NCBI GenBank assembly: GCA_963766885.1
Contig: CAVYBO010000002.1
Location: 464,606-528,605, forward strand
Reading direction: 5' to 3'
DNA length: 64,000 nt
Source of the DNA: an uncultured bacterium
GTDB lineage: Bacteria; Patescibacteriota; Minisyncoccia; Phycocordibacterales; CAIRYW01
The position numbers and the translations under genes were made by a program. Below the pieces are notes generated by a model. The model was not told where the DNA came from, did not search any database, and worked only from the letters and a program-made list of their open reading frames with translations. Each line of letters opens with the position of its first letter. The first letter of the stretch is position 1. This document shows, piece after piece, positions 30,264-40,190 of the stretch.

Positions 30264-30454
30264 AGAGAACCTACGTAAGCAGAAATATTATCTGGCATGC
30301 GAGTAAATATTGGATTGTCACATCCTTTTTTACCCGCTTCCTTCATAGCTTCTTTGAGGGTTTTGCCCGATCCCAAAACAGTTTGCTCATCTTTTGCAAG
30401 AGCAACCCAAAGCCCTTTGTATTTTTTGTATATTTTAGTCCAGTCTATTGCCAT
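30260..30454 (-). CDS. DUF5678-like small protein, translationally coupled to the aspartic protease
   Basis: KYKGLWVAL...VLGSGKTLKEA...P; ATGA overlap with the protease start. Confidence 0.75.
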   Translation of the reverse strand: MAIDWTKIYKKYKGLWVALAKDEQTVLGSGKTLKEAMKEAGKKGCDNPIFTRMPDNISAYVGSL

Positions 30455-30498
30455 ATGTAGATTATAGACGAATAAAATCTAGATATCAAACAGCAGAT

Positions 30499-30675
30499 TT
30501 ATTTTAGGATCACTAATAAAGTTATCACCGAGACAATAAAAATAGCAATGGAAATAATAAGAGTTGCAACAGAAATACACCGAGCAATTTTTGACTCTTT
30601 ATGGATTCCCCTGATTGCTTCATTATCTGGACTATCAGGAGGAGGTGTAAATGAATCTGTACTGAATGCTGACAT
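30499..30675 (-). CDS. Small membrane protein (58 aa)
   Basis: Manual translation MSAFSTDSFTPPPDSPDNE...ISVATLIISIAIFIVSVITLLVILK*; one TM helix. Confidence 0.45.
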   Translation of the reverse strand: MSAFSTDSFTPPPDSPDNEAIRGIHKESKIARCISVATLIISIAIFIVSVITLLVILK

Positions 30676-30696
30676 ATAAATATTTAAGTCAAAAAA

Positions 30697-31185
30697 TTAT
30701 GTTTTCTTTCCTAATTTATCCCCCACACTATTTATTTCAGCTTTACAGTATCCCCCGTCATTATATATTTCGATGATTTTTGATTTCATTTTACTTGAAA
30801 GTTTATCGTTCCAATATAATTCCATTGTCCCTTCACTAAAAGAGTACCAGTGATTGCGTGGTTCAATTAAATTTTTCTTAGTTTCTTTGATAGATGCCCC
30901 ATTCAAAACAGCTATGTTAGCCTCTATCATCTTATCAAAATAATCCTCGCTCTCCTCAATATCAATTATTAATGCTATTCTTTGTACGCATTTTTCCTCA
31001 ATATTTTTGCTTATTTTCCAATCCTTTCTTTCCCCTCCTGATGCCTTAAAAGAAAGTATCTCTTCTTTAATTAATCTATTCTAGTCCGAATACGCCTTAT
31101 CTAGTCTTGCATAAGTTCCTTGAATTCTAGAAAAATGATCTTCTAATTCTTTTTCCGAAAAAACTGGATTAAAAGTATTTCGCAT
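30697..31185 (-). pseudogene. Orphan ORF (162 codons) interrupted by an in-frame TAG at 31081-31083
   Basis: ATG at 31185 (MRNTFNPVFSEKE...AYSD*NRLIKEE...) is in frame with track ORF 30697..30930. Confidence 0.5.
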
Positions 31186-31243
31186 AGTTTAATATTATAT
31201 TAATATAAATTTATAGAAACAAAATGCTTAGGGTACTAAAAAA

Positions 31244-31714
31244 TTACCACGCAAAGTGAGCAAAGGCTTTGTTTGCTTCTGCCATTTTGTGAGTGTTTTC
31301 GCGCTTTTTGACGGCTTCGCCTTCATTTTTGTGTCCAGAAATTATTTCCTCAGCCAGTTTCAAGTGCATTGGCTTGCCCTTTTTGTTGCGAGCTGCTTCC
31401 ACAATCCACTTGATGGCCAAGAAGTTTCTTCTTTCTGGACGGACTTCTCTGGGCACCTGATAGTTGGCTCCTCCTACTCTGCGGCTTCGCACTTCCATCG
31501 TTGGTCCTGTGTTTTTGAGAGCGCTCTCAAAAATTTCCAAAGGATTTTCAACTTTCAAATCTGTTTTGATTTTTTCAAATGCGCCGTAAACGATTTTTCT
31601 AGCAGCGTTTTTTTTGCCGCTTTCCATAACGTAATTGATCAGTTTGGAAACTTTTTCAGAATCAAAATTGATGTCTGGCTTTACTTTATTTCTGTTTTTT
31701 ACTGCGCGTCTCAT
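31244..31714 (-). CDS. rpsG: 30S ribosomal protein S7
   Basis: [31 protein letters not shown]. Confidence 0.98.
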   Translation of the reverse strand: MRRAVKNRNKVKPDINFDSEKVSKLINYVMESGKKNAARKIVYGAFEKIKTDLKVENPLEIFESALKNTGPTMEVRSRRVGGANYQVPREVRPERRNFLAIKWIVEAARNKKGKPMHLKLAEEIISGHKNEGEAVKKRENTHKMAEANKAFAHFAW

Positions 31715-31749
31715 TTTGTATTTAAATTTATTTAAAAATTAGATTGAAT

Positions 31750-32163
31750 TTATGCAGCCTTTGGCCTCTTGGTTCCGTACATTGACCTTTCTTTTCTTCT
31801 CTTCTCAACACCTGTCGTATCCAAAACACCGCGGACAATTGTGTATCTAAGCCCTACATCTCGCACCTTTCCGCCTCTAAGCACCACCACTGAGTGCTCT
31901 TGAAGATTGTGTCCTTCACCCGGAATATACGCTGTAACTTCCATACCGTTTGTAAGGCGCACTCTGGCAATCTTGCGAATAGCTGAGTTTGGCTTCTTTG
32001 GAGTTTTGGTTGTAACCTTTGTGCAAACACCTCTTTTAAAAGGAGATGCATAAAAAGTCGGTCGGTTTTTGAGTACGTTAAATCCACGGCGAAGAGCAAC
32101 AGCCTTAAGCTTCTTGGCTTTTTGTTTTCTGGATCCTCTTGCTAATTGGTTGATTGTTGACAT
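31750..32163 (-). CDS. rpsL: 30S ribosomal protein S12
   Basis: [40 protein letters not shown]. Confidence 0.98.
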   Translation of the reverse strand: MSTINQLARGSRKQKAKKLKAVALRRGFNVLKNRPTFYASPFKRGVCTKVTTKTPKKPNSAIRKIARVRLTNGMEVTAYIPGEGHNLQEHSVVVLRGGKVRDVGLRYTIVRGVLDTTGVEKRRKERSMYGTKRPKAA

Positions 32164-32251
32164 CGATAAATTTAAAAACGGCCAAAAGACCGTAGGCAAT
32201 ACTTTAATATGGAATATTCATAAATGCAAGCTGTAAAAGTCTTACCTAACC

Positions 32252-32860
32252 TCAAAAAGCCACCCCCGTAAGAAATTGGAATAAATCCATAACAATTGGT
32301 GCAATAATTGAACCTATAAAAACCACAAAAATAATCAAAATGATGAATGAGTAAGGCTCTATTTTGTGCATAACTTCTCTAAATTTCAGTGGGAAAAGCG
32401 AAGTTAGAACTTTAGAGCCATCAAGCGGAGGAATTGGAATCAAGTTAAAAATAGCCAAATACAGATTAACGAGCACAATATAAGCAGCAAGCATTCCTGC
32501 GGTTGAAGACGCGTTTGGAAGAAACCTTATGTATGCGGAAAAAATTAAAGCCAGAAAAACATTTGCTGACGGACCCGCCACCGCCACAATCATTTCTCCC
32601 CACCTTCTGTTCCTTAAATTATATGGATTATACGGCACAGGCTTTGCCCATCCAAAAATCGGGCCGCCAAAAAGATAACAGAGCGCAGGAAAAATGATTG
32701 AGCCGAACAAATCAATATGCTTCAGAGGATTAAGCGTCAGCCTGCCCTGGTATTTGGCAGTTGGATCCCCAAGAAAATAAGCGGCGTAGCCATGAGAAAT
32801 CTCGTGAAGCACCACGGACATAATCAAAACCACAATCGCAAAGAAAAAGTTGATTTCCAT
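32252..32860 (-). CDS. Site-2 protease (peptidase M50)
   Basis: HEISH zinc motif, GWAKPVP, AGP, FNLIPIPPLDG. Confidence 0.93.
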   Translation of the reverse strand: MEINFFFAIVVLIMSVVLHEISHGYAAYFLGDPTAKYQGRLTLNPLKHIDLFGSIIFPALCYLFGGPIFGWAKPVPYNPYNLRNRRWGEMIVAVAGPSANVFLALIFSAYIRFLPNASSTAGMLAAYIVLVNLYLAIFNLIPIPPLDGSKVLTSLFPLKFREVMHKIEPYSFIILIIFVVFIGSIIAPIVMDLFQFLTGVAF

Positions 32861-32917
32861 AGAAGTATATGATAGCATTTCCAAACATTTTTCAAATAGG
32901 AAAATTACATAAAATTT

Positions 32918-33157
32918 ATGAAAACCTGTCCAATTACCCTCAAAGGCTCAAAAGTTCAAGGAAGTTATTCAAACCGCACTCGTGCGCAGCAATATAATCC
33001 TTGCGGCAAATCACGCAGCCAGGTAAATCTTCAAAAAAAGACTATCTTTATTCCTGAACTCAATAGAAGCATCACTCTGACAATTTCAACCAAGGCTATT
33101 AAGACTATCCAAAAAAACGGCGCTTATAAAACTCTCAAGACTGCGGGGTTGATATAA
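32918..33157 (+). CDS. rpmB: 50S ribosomal protein L28
   Basis: CPITLK..., VNLQKKTIFIPELNRSITLTISTKAIKTIQKNG. Confidence 0.85.
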   Translation: MKTCPITLKGSKVQGSYSNRTRAQQYNPCGKSRSQVNLQKKTIFIPELNRSITLTISTKAIKTIQKNGAYKTLKTAGLI

Positions 33158-33182
33158 AAATACTCACCTTGTATGGTGAGCT

Positions 33183-33491
33183 TTACTTAGGCCAGAGGGG
33201 AACCCTCCTGATGTATATATCTACATGCGTATATAGCAAATGGTGAAAGAATTTTCCCTGGCAGAGCGGGCATCTTAAAATTACGCTGCCCGCCGCGGCA
33301 TCATTTGGAATCGGCTTTTTTCTTGAAAAACCAACCATAGCATCAAACCACCGCTGTTCTCTGTTGCCTTTTATCAAAGCCAGTCTTCCAAACTCATCAC
33401 AATGAGGGCAGCACATCCCCGCAGCATACCAAGTTTCAGCGGTAAACTGTTCACCCCACTCCTGAACTATAAGCTTATTGTACTCAATCAT
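33183..33491 (-). CDS. Hypothetical Zn-ribbon-like protein
   Basis: CPHC ... CPLC pair; hairpin CTCACC..GGTGAG at the 3' end shared with rpmB. Confidence 0.5.
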   Translation of the reverse strand: MIEYNKLIVQEWGEQFTAETWYAAGMCCPHCDEFGRLALIKGNREQRWFDAMVGFSRKKPIPNDAAAGSVILRCPLCQGKFFHHLLYTHVDIYIRRVPLWPK

Positions 33492-33604
33492 AAATTCAGG
33501 CTTAAAGATAAGATAAAAATTAAAATATGCAAGCATTTTTGTAATAAGATTATCTTTTGGCCGTCTTTGGTATAATAATTAAGTTATAAATTTATATAAA
33601 ATAT

Positions 33605-34219
33605 ATGAAATTCACAGAGCAAAAATTTGAAATTCCTGAAATTGAGGGAATTTCTCAAAAAACAATTGGGGAGCATCTCAAACTTTATGCCGGATACGTC
33701 AAACACACAAACCTAATTCAAGAAACAATAGCGGAAATGAGTAAATACACTGGTCACGAAACAATGGGCCCCGGCACAACTTATGCAATCAATGAAATGC
33801 AGAGACGTTTTGCTTTTGAGTTTGATGGAATGCGAAACCACGAATATTATTTTGAACAACTTGAAGGCGGAGCAAATATGGGCGATAAAGACGGCCCACT
33901 TTCCAAACAAATGGCAAAAGACTTCGGTAGCTCGCAAGTCTGGTTTGAAAAATTCAAAGCTCTGGCAATGACCCGCGGCATCGGTTGGGCAATTCTGTAT
34001 TACGACAAAAAAACAGATACTCTCCTCAACCACTGGATTGATGAACAACACTTTGGACATTTGAACGGCTTAGATTTTATTTATGGAATAGATATGTGGG
34101 AACATTCGTACATGATCGACTATGTTCCAGCTGACAAAAAGAAATACGTAGAAGCTTATTTGATGGCCACAAACCAAGCGGTTGTGGAAAAAAGATTTGC
34201 ATTGGCAAAGAATTCTTAG
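33605..34219 (+). CDS. Fe/Mn superoxide dismutase family protein
   Basis: HLKLYAGYV, NHEYYF, GIGWA, DMWEHSY. Confidence 0.9.
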   Translation: MKFTEQKFEIPEIEGISQKTIGEHLKLYAGYVKHTNLIQETIAEMSKYTGHETMGPGTTYAINEMQRRFAFEFDGMRNHEYYFEQLEGGANMGDKDGPLSKQMAKDFGSSQVWFEKFKALAMTRGIGWAILYYDKKTDTLLNHWIDEQHFGHLNGLDFIYGIDMWEHSYMIDYVPADKKKYVEAYLMATNQAVVEKRFALAKNS

Positions 34220-34246
34220 TATATAATTAAGTTATGAAACAGAACA

Positions 34247-34350
34247 TTTAGAAAGGGGGTAAATCTAAAGTCCGTTTTAGCCGGACAGATCGGTTGCCTC
34301 CGATCTTGGGAGCGCAGTACCCCGGTCTGGTACTGCGCTCTCTCCTTTTA
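34247..34350. ncRNA. Four-hairpin intergenic structure (candidate sRNA or compound terminator)
   Basis: Consecutive stems TTTAGA/TCTAAA, GTCCG/CGGAC, AGATCGG/CCGATCT, GAGCGCAGTACC/GGTACTGCGCTC. Confidence 0.4.
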
Positions 34351-34357
34351 TATATAT

Positions 34358-35713
34358 CTAAAAACTAATAAACGCCCATGGCAGATTACCAAGGAATTCC
34401 ACTACAAAAATAATCCAAGCAAGGCAGAAATTTAAAATCAAAACTAGCGGATACAATAATACTCCAAGAAAGCCAAAAACCGCCACAATAATTCCAAGAA
34501 TTGTAACCCAAGGCACAAAAGGCAGAACCAAAATATTTGAAATCGGCGCAATGACAGAAAAATTGTGCATTTCATAAAGTATATAAGGCGCCACTAGAAT
34601 TTCTACAGCGGTGGTCTGAGACAAAATCTCCCGTATTTGGAATTTTTCTGGCACTTTCACAAAAATTTTTTCTATTTGCGGAGTCAAATTTATAATTGCA
34701 AATGTTGCCAGAAATGTCAGAGCAAACGATGGATCAAAAACCAGCTCAAAAGGATTCCAAAACACCATTGCTCCGGCACCCAGCAGAAGTGCTCGGTTTT
34801 GGCGAACTTTCCTGTGCATAATTTTACCACTCAGACCCGTCGTTGCCATTATCGCGGCGCGAATAACAGACGCCGAACTGCCTGCCATAATTACAAAAGC
34901 TAAAACAAGAAGAAATATTACAAAAGCCCTCCATTTTATTTTTAATTTTGATAAAAGTAATGAGGCAAAGGCAACCACAAGCGCAATGTTGTATCCGGAT
35001 ATCACAACAATATGCATCAGTCCCGCGCGCAAAAAGTCATTTTGCAAATCTGCTGGAAGCGCCCCCTTGCCCGCAATAACCATTCCAGACAACAGCGATG
35101 CATACGGCTCGGTAAATAAATTATTTATATTATTTTCAAAATAATTTTTGAAATTAAAAAGAATTCGTATAATTGGATTGCCAGAAAATCCTCCGCTTGA
35201 GACAATATGCGGATAATATATTTCTTGCATTACTCCTTGTGCTTTTTCATAGGAAACATAATCAAAGGAGTCATCAAAATTTTTAATCGGCGCGAGCTTG
35301 CCCTCAATTGAAAAACTTTCTCCGTAATAAATTTCTGTTGAAAGAGGAAAAATAATCAGAATATCGCCTTGTTTTGTCTTTAAAACCGCCTTTTCTGTGT
35401 TCTGCCCGTTGCTCAATTCTTGTTTTATAAATCCAGAAAATACCGATTTTTCTTGAATATTATTTAGAGGAGAATTTTGAAACTCTGTTTGATTTTCTGC
35501 AAACCGCCATCCGCCGGCGCAGATTCCAAGAAATAGAAACATTATCAGAATCAGGTATTTTTGATTCTTCTTTTCTAAAAAGAAACAAACAAAAAGTGTT
35601 GAAGCAATTAAAATAGCAAGCCAATAAAAATTTGCTGCCAGTAAATTTATTGAAGCAATAAACACTCCGATCAAAATTCCCAAAAGAAAAAACGCTGCCG
35701 ATCTGCCTTTCAT
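34358..35713 (-). CDS. comEC: ComEC/Rec2 competence protein (no MBL domain)
   Basis: AGLMHIVVISGYNI, SASVIRAAIM, NPF.L.FDPSF.LTFLA. Confidence 0.9.
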   Translation of the reverse strand: MKGRSAAFFLLGILIGVFIASINLLAANFYWLAILIASTLFVCFFLEKKNQKYLILIMFLFLGICAGGWRFAENQTEFQNSPLNNIQEKSVFSGFIKQELSNGQNTEKAVLKTKQGDILIIFPLSTEIYYGESFSIEGKLAPIKNFDDSFDYVSYEKAQGVMQEIYYPHIVSSGGFSGNPIIRILFNFKNYFENNINNLFTEPYASLLSGMVIAGKGALPADLQNDFLRAGLMHIVVISGYNIALVVAFASLLLSKLKIKWRAFVIFLLVLAFVIMAGSSASVIRAAIMATTGLSGKIMHRKVRQNRALLLGAGAMVFWNPFELVFDPSFALTFLATFAIINLTPQIEKIFVKVPEKFQIREILSQTTAVEILVAPYILYEMHNFSVIAPISNILVLPFVPWVTILGIIVAVFGFLGVLLYPLVLILNFCLAWIIFVVEFLGNLPWAFISF

Positions 35714-35722
35714 TTTTTATTT

Positions 35723-36454
35723 TTACTTTTTTCTCAAAAAATCGTTTGTAATCTGTTCTTCATCTTCACGCGACAGAGCTTTTTTGAATCTAACATTGTT
35801 TTTACCTTTTACTTTTTCTTCGCATTCAGTCCAAGTCTTGTGCAAACCTATCTCACCATTTACTAAACTGACATAAGAATATGCCTTGCCTCCTTTTGCA
35901 CGATTTTTTAAACCGTCTTTTATTTCGGCTTTGGCGGAATTAACTTTTAAATCAAAAATTAGCACGCTGTAATCTTTGAGTGCTCCATCAAAAAGTTTTG
36001 GATTCTTTCTGTCTGCAAATGCCGTTGCGATTTCATCGCAACGCTCATTGCCAGCCACTCCAACATGCCCTTCCACAACTTTCCATGAAACATCAAATCC
36101 ACCTGCTGCTTCTACAAGCTTCTGCCACAAATCTTTATTGGAAACTTCTTTGTTGTCCTTGGTCTTCCAGCCGTTCTGCTGCCAGCCAAAAACCCAAACG
36201 GAGATCCCTTTGATGACATATGTTGAATCCGAATAAAAAATAATTTCTCCATCAATTCTTCTATTTTTTAATTCTTCAAAAGCGCCAATTGCAGCGGCAA
36301 GCTCCATTCTGTTGTTGGTTGTCTTTTTCTCGCCATTTCCAAGTTCAAAAACATTTGTGATTTTTTCACCTTTTACACAAACAATTGCTCCCCAGCCCCC
36401 AGGACCAGGATTGCCTCTTGAAGATCCATCAGTAAAAATAATAATTTTGCTCAT
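35723..36454 (-). CDS. rnhA: Ribonuclease HI with C-terminal hybrid-binding (Cauli_VI-like) domain
   Basis: FTDGSSRGNPGPGGWG, TTNNRMEL, DSTYV, GH.GVAGNERCD; C-term HKTWTECEEKVKG...RFKK. Confidence 0.92.
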   Translation of the reverse strand: MSKIIIFTDGSSRGNPGPGGWGAIVCVKGEKITNVFELGNGEKKTTNNRMELAAAIGAFEELKNRRIDGEIIFYSDSTYVIKGISVWVFGWQQNGWKTKDNKEVSNKDLWQKLVEAAGGFDVSWKVVEGHVGVAGNERCDEIATAFADRKNPKLFDGALKDYSVLIFDLKVNSAKAEIKDGLKNRAKGGKAYSYVSLVNGEIGLHKTWTECEEKVKGKNNVRFKKALSREDEEQITNDFLRKK

Positions 36455-36488
36455 TGAAATATTATCTCAAATTATTTGAGAAACGCAT

Positions 36489-38216
36489 CTAATTCAAAAT
36501 ATCAATAACTCTAATACGGGCTTTGGGCCTGCCGAAAAAGGATTTTTCTAGATTTCCGACAATGTCTTTTTTTGCTCCGACTTCGGCTTTGGAGATTAAA
36601 TCTTCGGTGGCAAAAAATGCGATTGATTCTATTGAAAAGCCCTTCCCGCCGGTTAAAATAATTTTAAGATGCTTTTTTTCTTTGCCAAAAAAATCAACTT
36701 TCTCAAAAAAACAATTCTTGAAAACAAATACAGGCTTTTCGTTGGCAATTCCAAAAGGACTTAGCTTTTCTATTTCCGAAAAATTTTTGAGATTTGCTTC
36801 TTCAAGCTCTAATTCTTTGTCGATCCAAATTATTGCCGAACCTTGAAATTCTTTTGCCTCTATCTCGTATGCTTTGGCAATTTCATCTTCGAGTAAATGA
36901 ATGGTCTCATAAGAAACTGAAAATCCTCCGGCCATATGGTGTCCGCCAAATTCCGTCAAAATCCCAGGCGGGACTTTTTCCATAATCGCAGTCAGACTTA
37001 CTCCTTCTGGCGCGCGGCAAGAGCCTTTGATCAATCCAACCATTTCTTCTTTACCCCAAAGAAATACTGGTTTCATCTCTGTTTCAACCATAGTGCCTGC
37101 CACAATTCCCAAAAGGGACAGCTTCCAGGCCGGCGAACCGGCAACAATAACCTTGTTTGAAAAATACGGCGAGTATTTGGCTTCAACCATTTTTTTGACT
37201 TCCTTTGAAAGATGAGCGGTGATTGTTTTTCTTTCCTGATTTACTTTTTCCAGAGTTGCAACAATTTCTGCTGCTTCATTTTCATCTTTTGTCGTAAGCA
37301 ATCTCAGAGCATCCACCGATCTGCCCATTCTGGATGCAGCGTTTATTCTTGGCGTAATCATAAACCCGACATCGTCTTCGGTAAGGTTTCTTGGATCAAT
37401 TTTTAGCATGCGCAAAAGCTTGATCAATCCAATTCTTCTAGTTTTGCGAAGGACAATCATTCCGTATTTTGCAAGCAACCTGTTTTCGCCGCGAAGCGGC
37501 ACCATATCAGAAAGCGTTGCCATACCAACCACATCAAGCAGCCATTTTTCAAATCCTTCAGGCGCGCCGAATCTTTCACGAGCCAAAATTGCGCAGACAA
37601 CTTTCCAAGTCACAGCAGCGCCGCAAAGCATTTTTTCCGGATATTCCAGCTCATCTTTCTTGGAAATTTTTGGATTAACAATTGCATAAGCTTGCGGCAA
37701 ATTTTCTTTGGGCAAATGATGATCTGTGATTATCAAATCCACGCCAAGCTCCTTGGCAAACTTGGCTTCTTCCAAATCGCCGATTCCGCAGTCCAAGGTA
37801 ATAATCAAACCGGCTCCGTCTTTGACTAATTTCTCAAGAGCTTCCTTGTGCAATCCAAAACCTTCTTCGTTTCTGTTTGGAATATAATTTAGAAAATTTT
37901 TGTAGCCGATTTTATCAAAAAAATCATAAAAAACCGTAGCCGCTGAAAGTCCATCCGCATCATAATCAGAATATATTACAATTTTTTCTTCAGATTTGAT
38001 TGCCTTTATAATCCTATCAACTGTTTTTTCCATACCGTGTAAAAGATACGGGTCGTTTAAATTTTTATCAAAATCAGGATTCAAAAATAGATTTGCTTCA
38101 TCAGCCTCAATCCCTCGGTGAAACATTAAGTACGTTAGAATTGGAGAAAACCCGATGAATTTGTTCTTTTCTTCATCGGTCAAAAGCTTCCTGATGGCAT
38201 ATTCTTTCTTCACCAC
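36489..38216 (-). CDS. recJ: ssDNA-specific exonuclease RecJ
   Basis: DYDADG, DCG, TDHH, PRINAASR, GSCR, GGHHMAGG. Confidence 0.95.
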   Translation of the reverse strand: MVKKEYAIRKLLTDEEKNKFIGFSPILTYLMFHRGIEADEANLFLNPDFDKNLNDPYLLHGMEKTVDRIIKAIKSEEKIVIYSDYDADGLSAATVFYDFFDKIGYKNFLNYIPNRNEEGFGLHKEALEKLVKDGAGLIITLDCGIGDLEEAKFAKELGVDLIITDHHLPKENLPQAYAIVNPKISKKDELEYPEKMLCGAAVTWKVVCAILARERFGAPEGFEKWLLDVVGMATLSDMVPLRGENRLLAKYGMIVLRKTRRIGLIKLLRMLKIDPRNLTEDDVGFMITPRINAASRMGRSVDALRLLTTKDENEAAEIVATLEKVNQERKTITAHLSKEVKKMVEAKYSPYFSNKVIVAGSPAWKLSLLGIVAGTMVETEMKPVFLWGKEEMVGLIKGSCRAPEGVSLTAIMEKVPPGILTEFGGHHMAGGFSVSYETIHLLEDEIAKAYEIEAKEFQGSAIIWIDKELELEEANLKNFSEIEKLSPFGIANEKPVFVFKNCFFEKVDFFGKEKKHLKIILTGGKGFSIESIAFFATEDLISKAEVGAKKDIVGNLEKSFFGRPKARIRVIDILN

Positions 38217-38236
38217 TCAATTATATCACCGGAAAA

Positions 38237-39323
<1,087 letters not shown>

Positions 39324-39674
39324 ATGAATGATTTTGATATACCGATTTTTAAAAAATCCTACAATCTGTACAAAGATTTCTACGAGATTCGTTTGTCCGT
39401 TCCCAAACAGGATAGATACACTCTCTGGCAGAAATGCGAAAGCACTTTGATTGAGATTATCGAGCGTATTCTTCTGGCAAGTCAGCAGTCTAAAATGGAG
39501 AAACTTCCTACTCTGGAGAGAACAAGCGTCAAATTGAATTTCCTCCGAGTTTGTATCCGTCTGATGAAAGACACCAAAGCAATCGATACCAAAAAATATA
39601 TTGTCATCGAAGCGCATCTTGATGAAATTGGAAAAATGCTTGGAGGATGGATAAAGTCCACCAAGGAGCGATAA
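39324..39674 (+). CDS. avd: DGR accessory variability determinant (Avd, four-helix bundle)
   Basis: 116 aa basic protein: IPIFKKSYNLY..VPKQDRYTLWQK...LRVCIRL...LDEIGKMLGGWIK; lies between TR and RT. Confidence 0.9.
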   Translation: MNDFDIPIFKKSYNLYKDFYEIRLSVPKQDRYTLWQKCESTLIEIIERILLASQQSKMEKLPTLERTSVKLNFLRVCIRLMKDTKAIDTKKYIVIEAHLDEIGKMLGGWIKSTKER

Positions 39675-39675
39675 C

Positions 39676-39706
39676 AGAAACTCCCACTGTAAAAGTGGGA
39701 GTTTCT
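39676..39706. terminator. 13-bp perfect hairpin between the avd stop and the TR 3' end (terminator and/or TR spacer structure)
   Basis: AGAAACTCCCACT-GTAAA-AGTGGGAGTTTCT. Confidence 0.7.
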
Positions 39707-39725
39707 TCGGATAGAGTTGTGACTG

Positions 39726-39840
39726 CCGGGAGGCGGAGACACTGAGGTTGTCGTTGCGGTTGTTGTCCCAGTTGTTGTTGACGTTCAGACCCTTGGCATC
39801 GAAGTTGCCGAGGTTCACACGGTTGCCATTCGAGTCGAGA
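39726..39840 (-). repeat. DGR template repeat (TR)
   Basis: 115-nt ungapped match to VR; AAC-rich (12 Asn codons, 31 adenines); reads LDSNGNRVNLGNFDAKGLNVNNNWDNNRNDNLSVSASR. Confidence 0.97.
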
Positions 39841-40118
39841 AATTGCTTTCTTCCGTCCGCGTCACTGAGATTTGAGGTTTACCATCTTTGCAGATCTATA
39901 TCCTCTCATCTCTGAATTTTATTTGGGAACAATTTTTTTCAAAATATTTCCACTAGAAAAAAGCAAGAAGTTCTCTCTATCCTTGTCGCACTCTGCCGTA
40001 ATCCTTGAACTACTGGCACTCTGGCGAATCTCAGGTGAGATATCCCGCGAACTTGAACCGTAACCCAAGTTGCATTAGCAAGATTTATAAATATTAACTG
40101 GTTGTATGTAAAAGACAA

Positions 40119-40178
40119 GAGCCTCCGGCAAAAAAATTTTGCGCGGAGGCTCAAGGATTCAAGAGGGACAAGCCCTCT
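40119..40178. other. Hairpins downstream of VR (candidate target-recognition cruciforms/terminator)
   Basis: AGAGGG-ACAAG-CCCTCT (40162-40178), 12 nt past the stop; GAGCCTCCG-GCAAAA-AAA-TTTTGC-G-CGGAGGCTC (40119-40152). Confidence 0.7.
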
Positions 40179-40190
40179 AGGGTTCAAGTT

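Noticed and set aside
19000-31243. Inserted orphan genes as an integron array or prophage
   Set aside because: No integrase, no recognisable attC repeats, mixed orientations with individual promoters, and no phage structural genes
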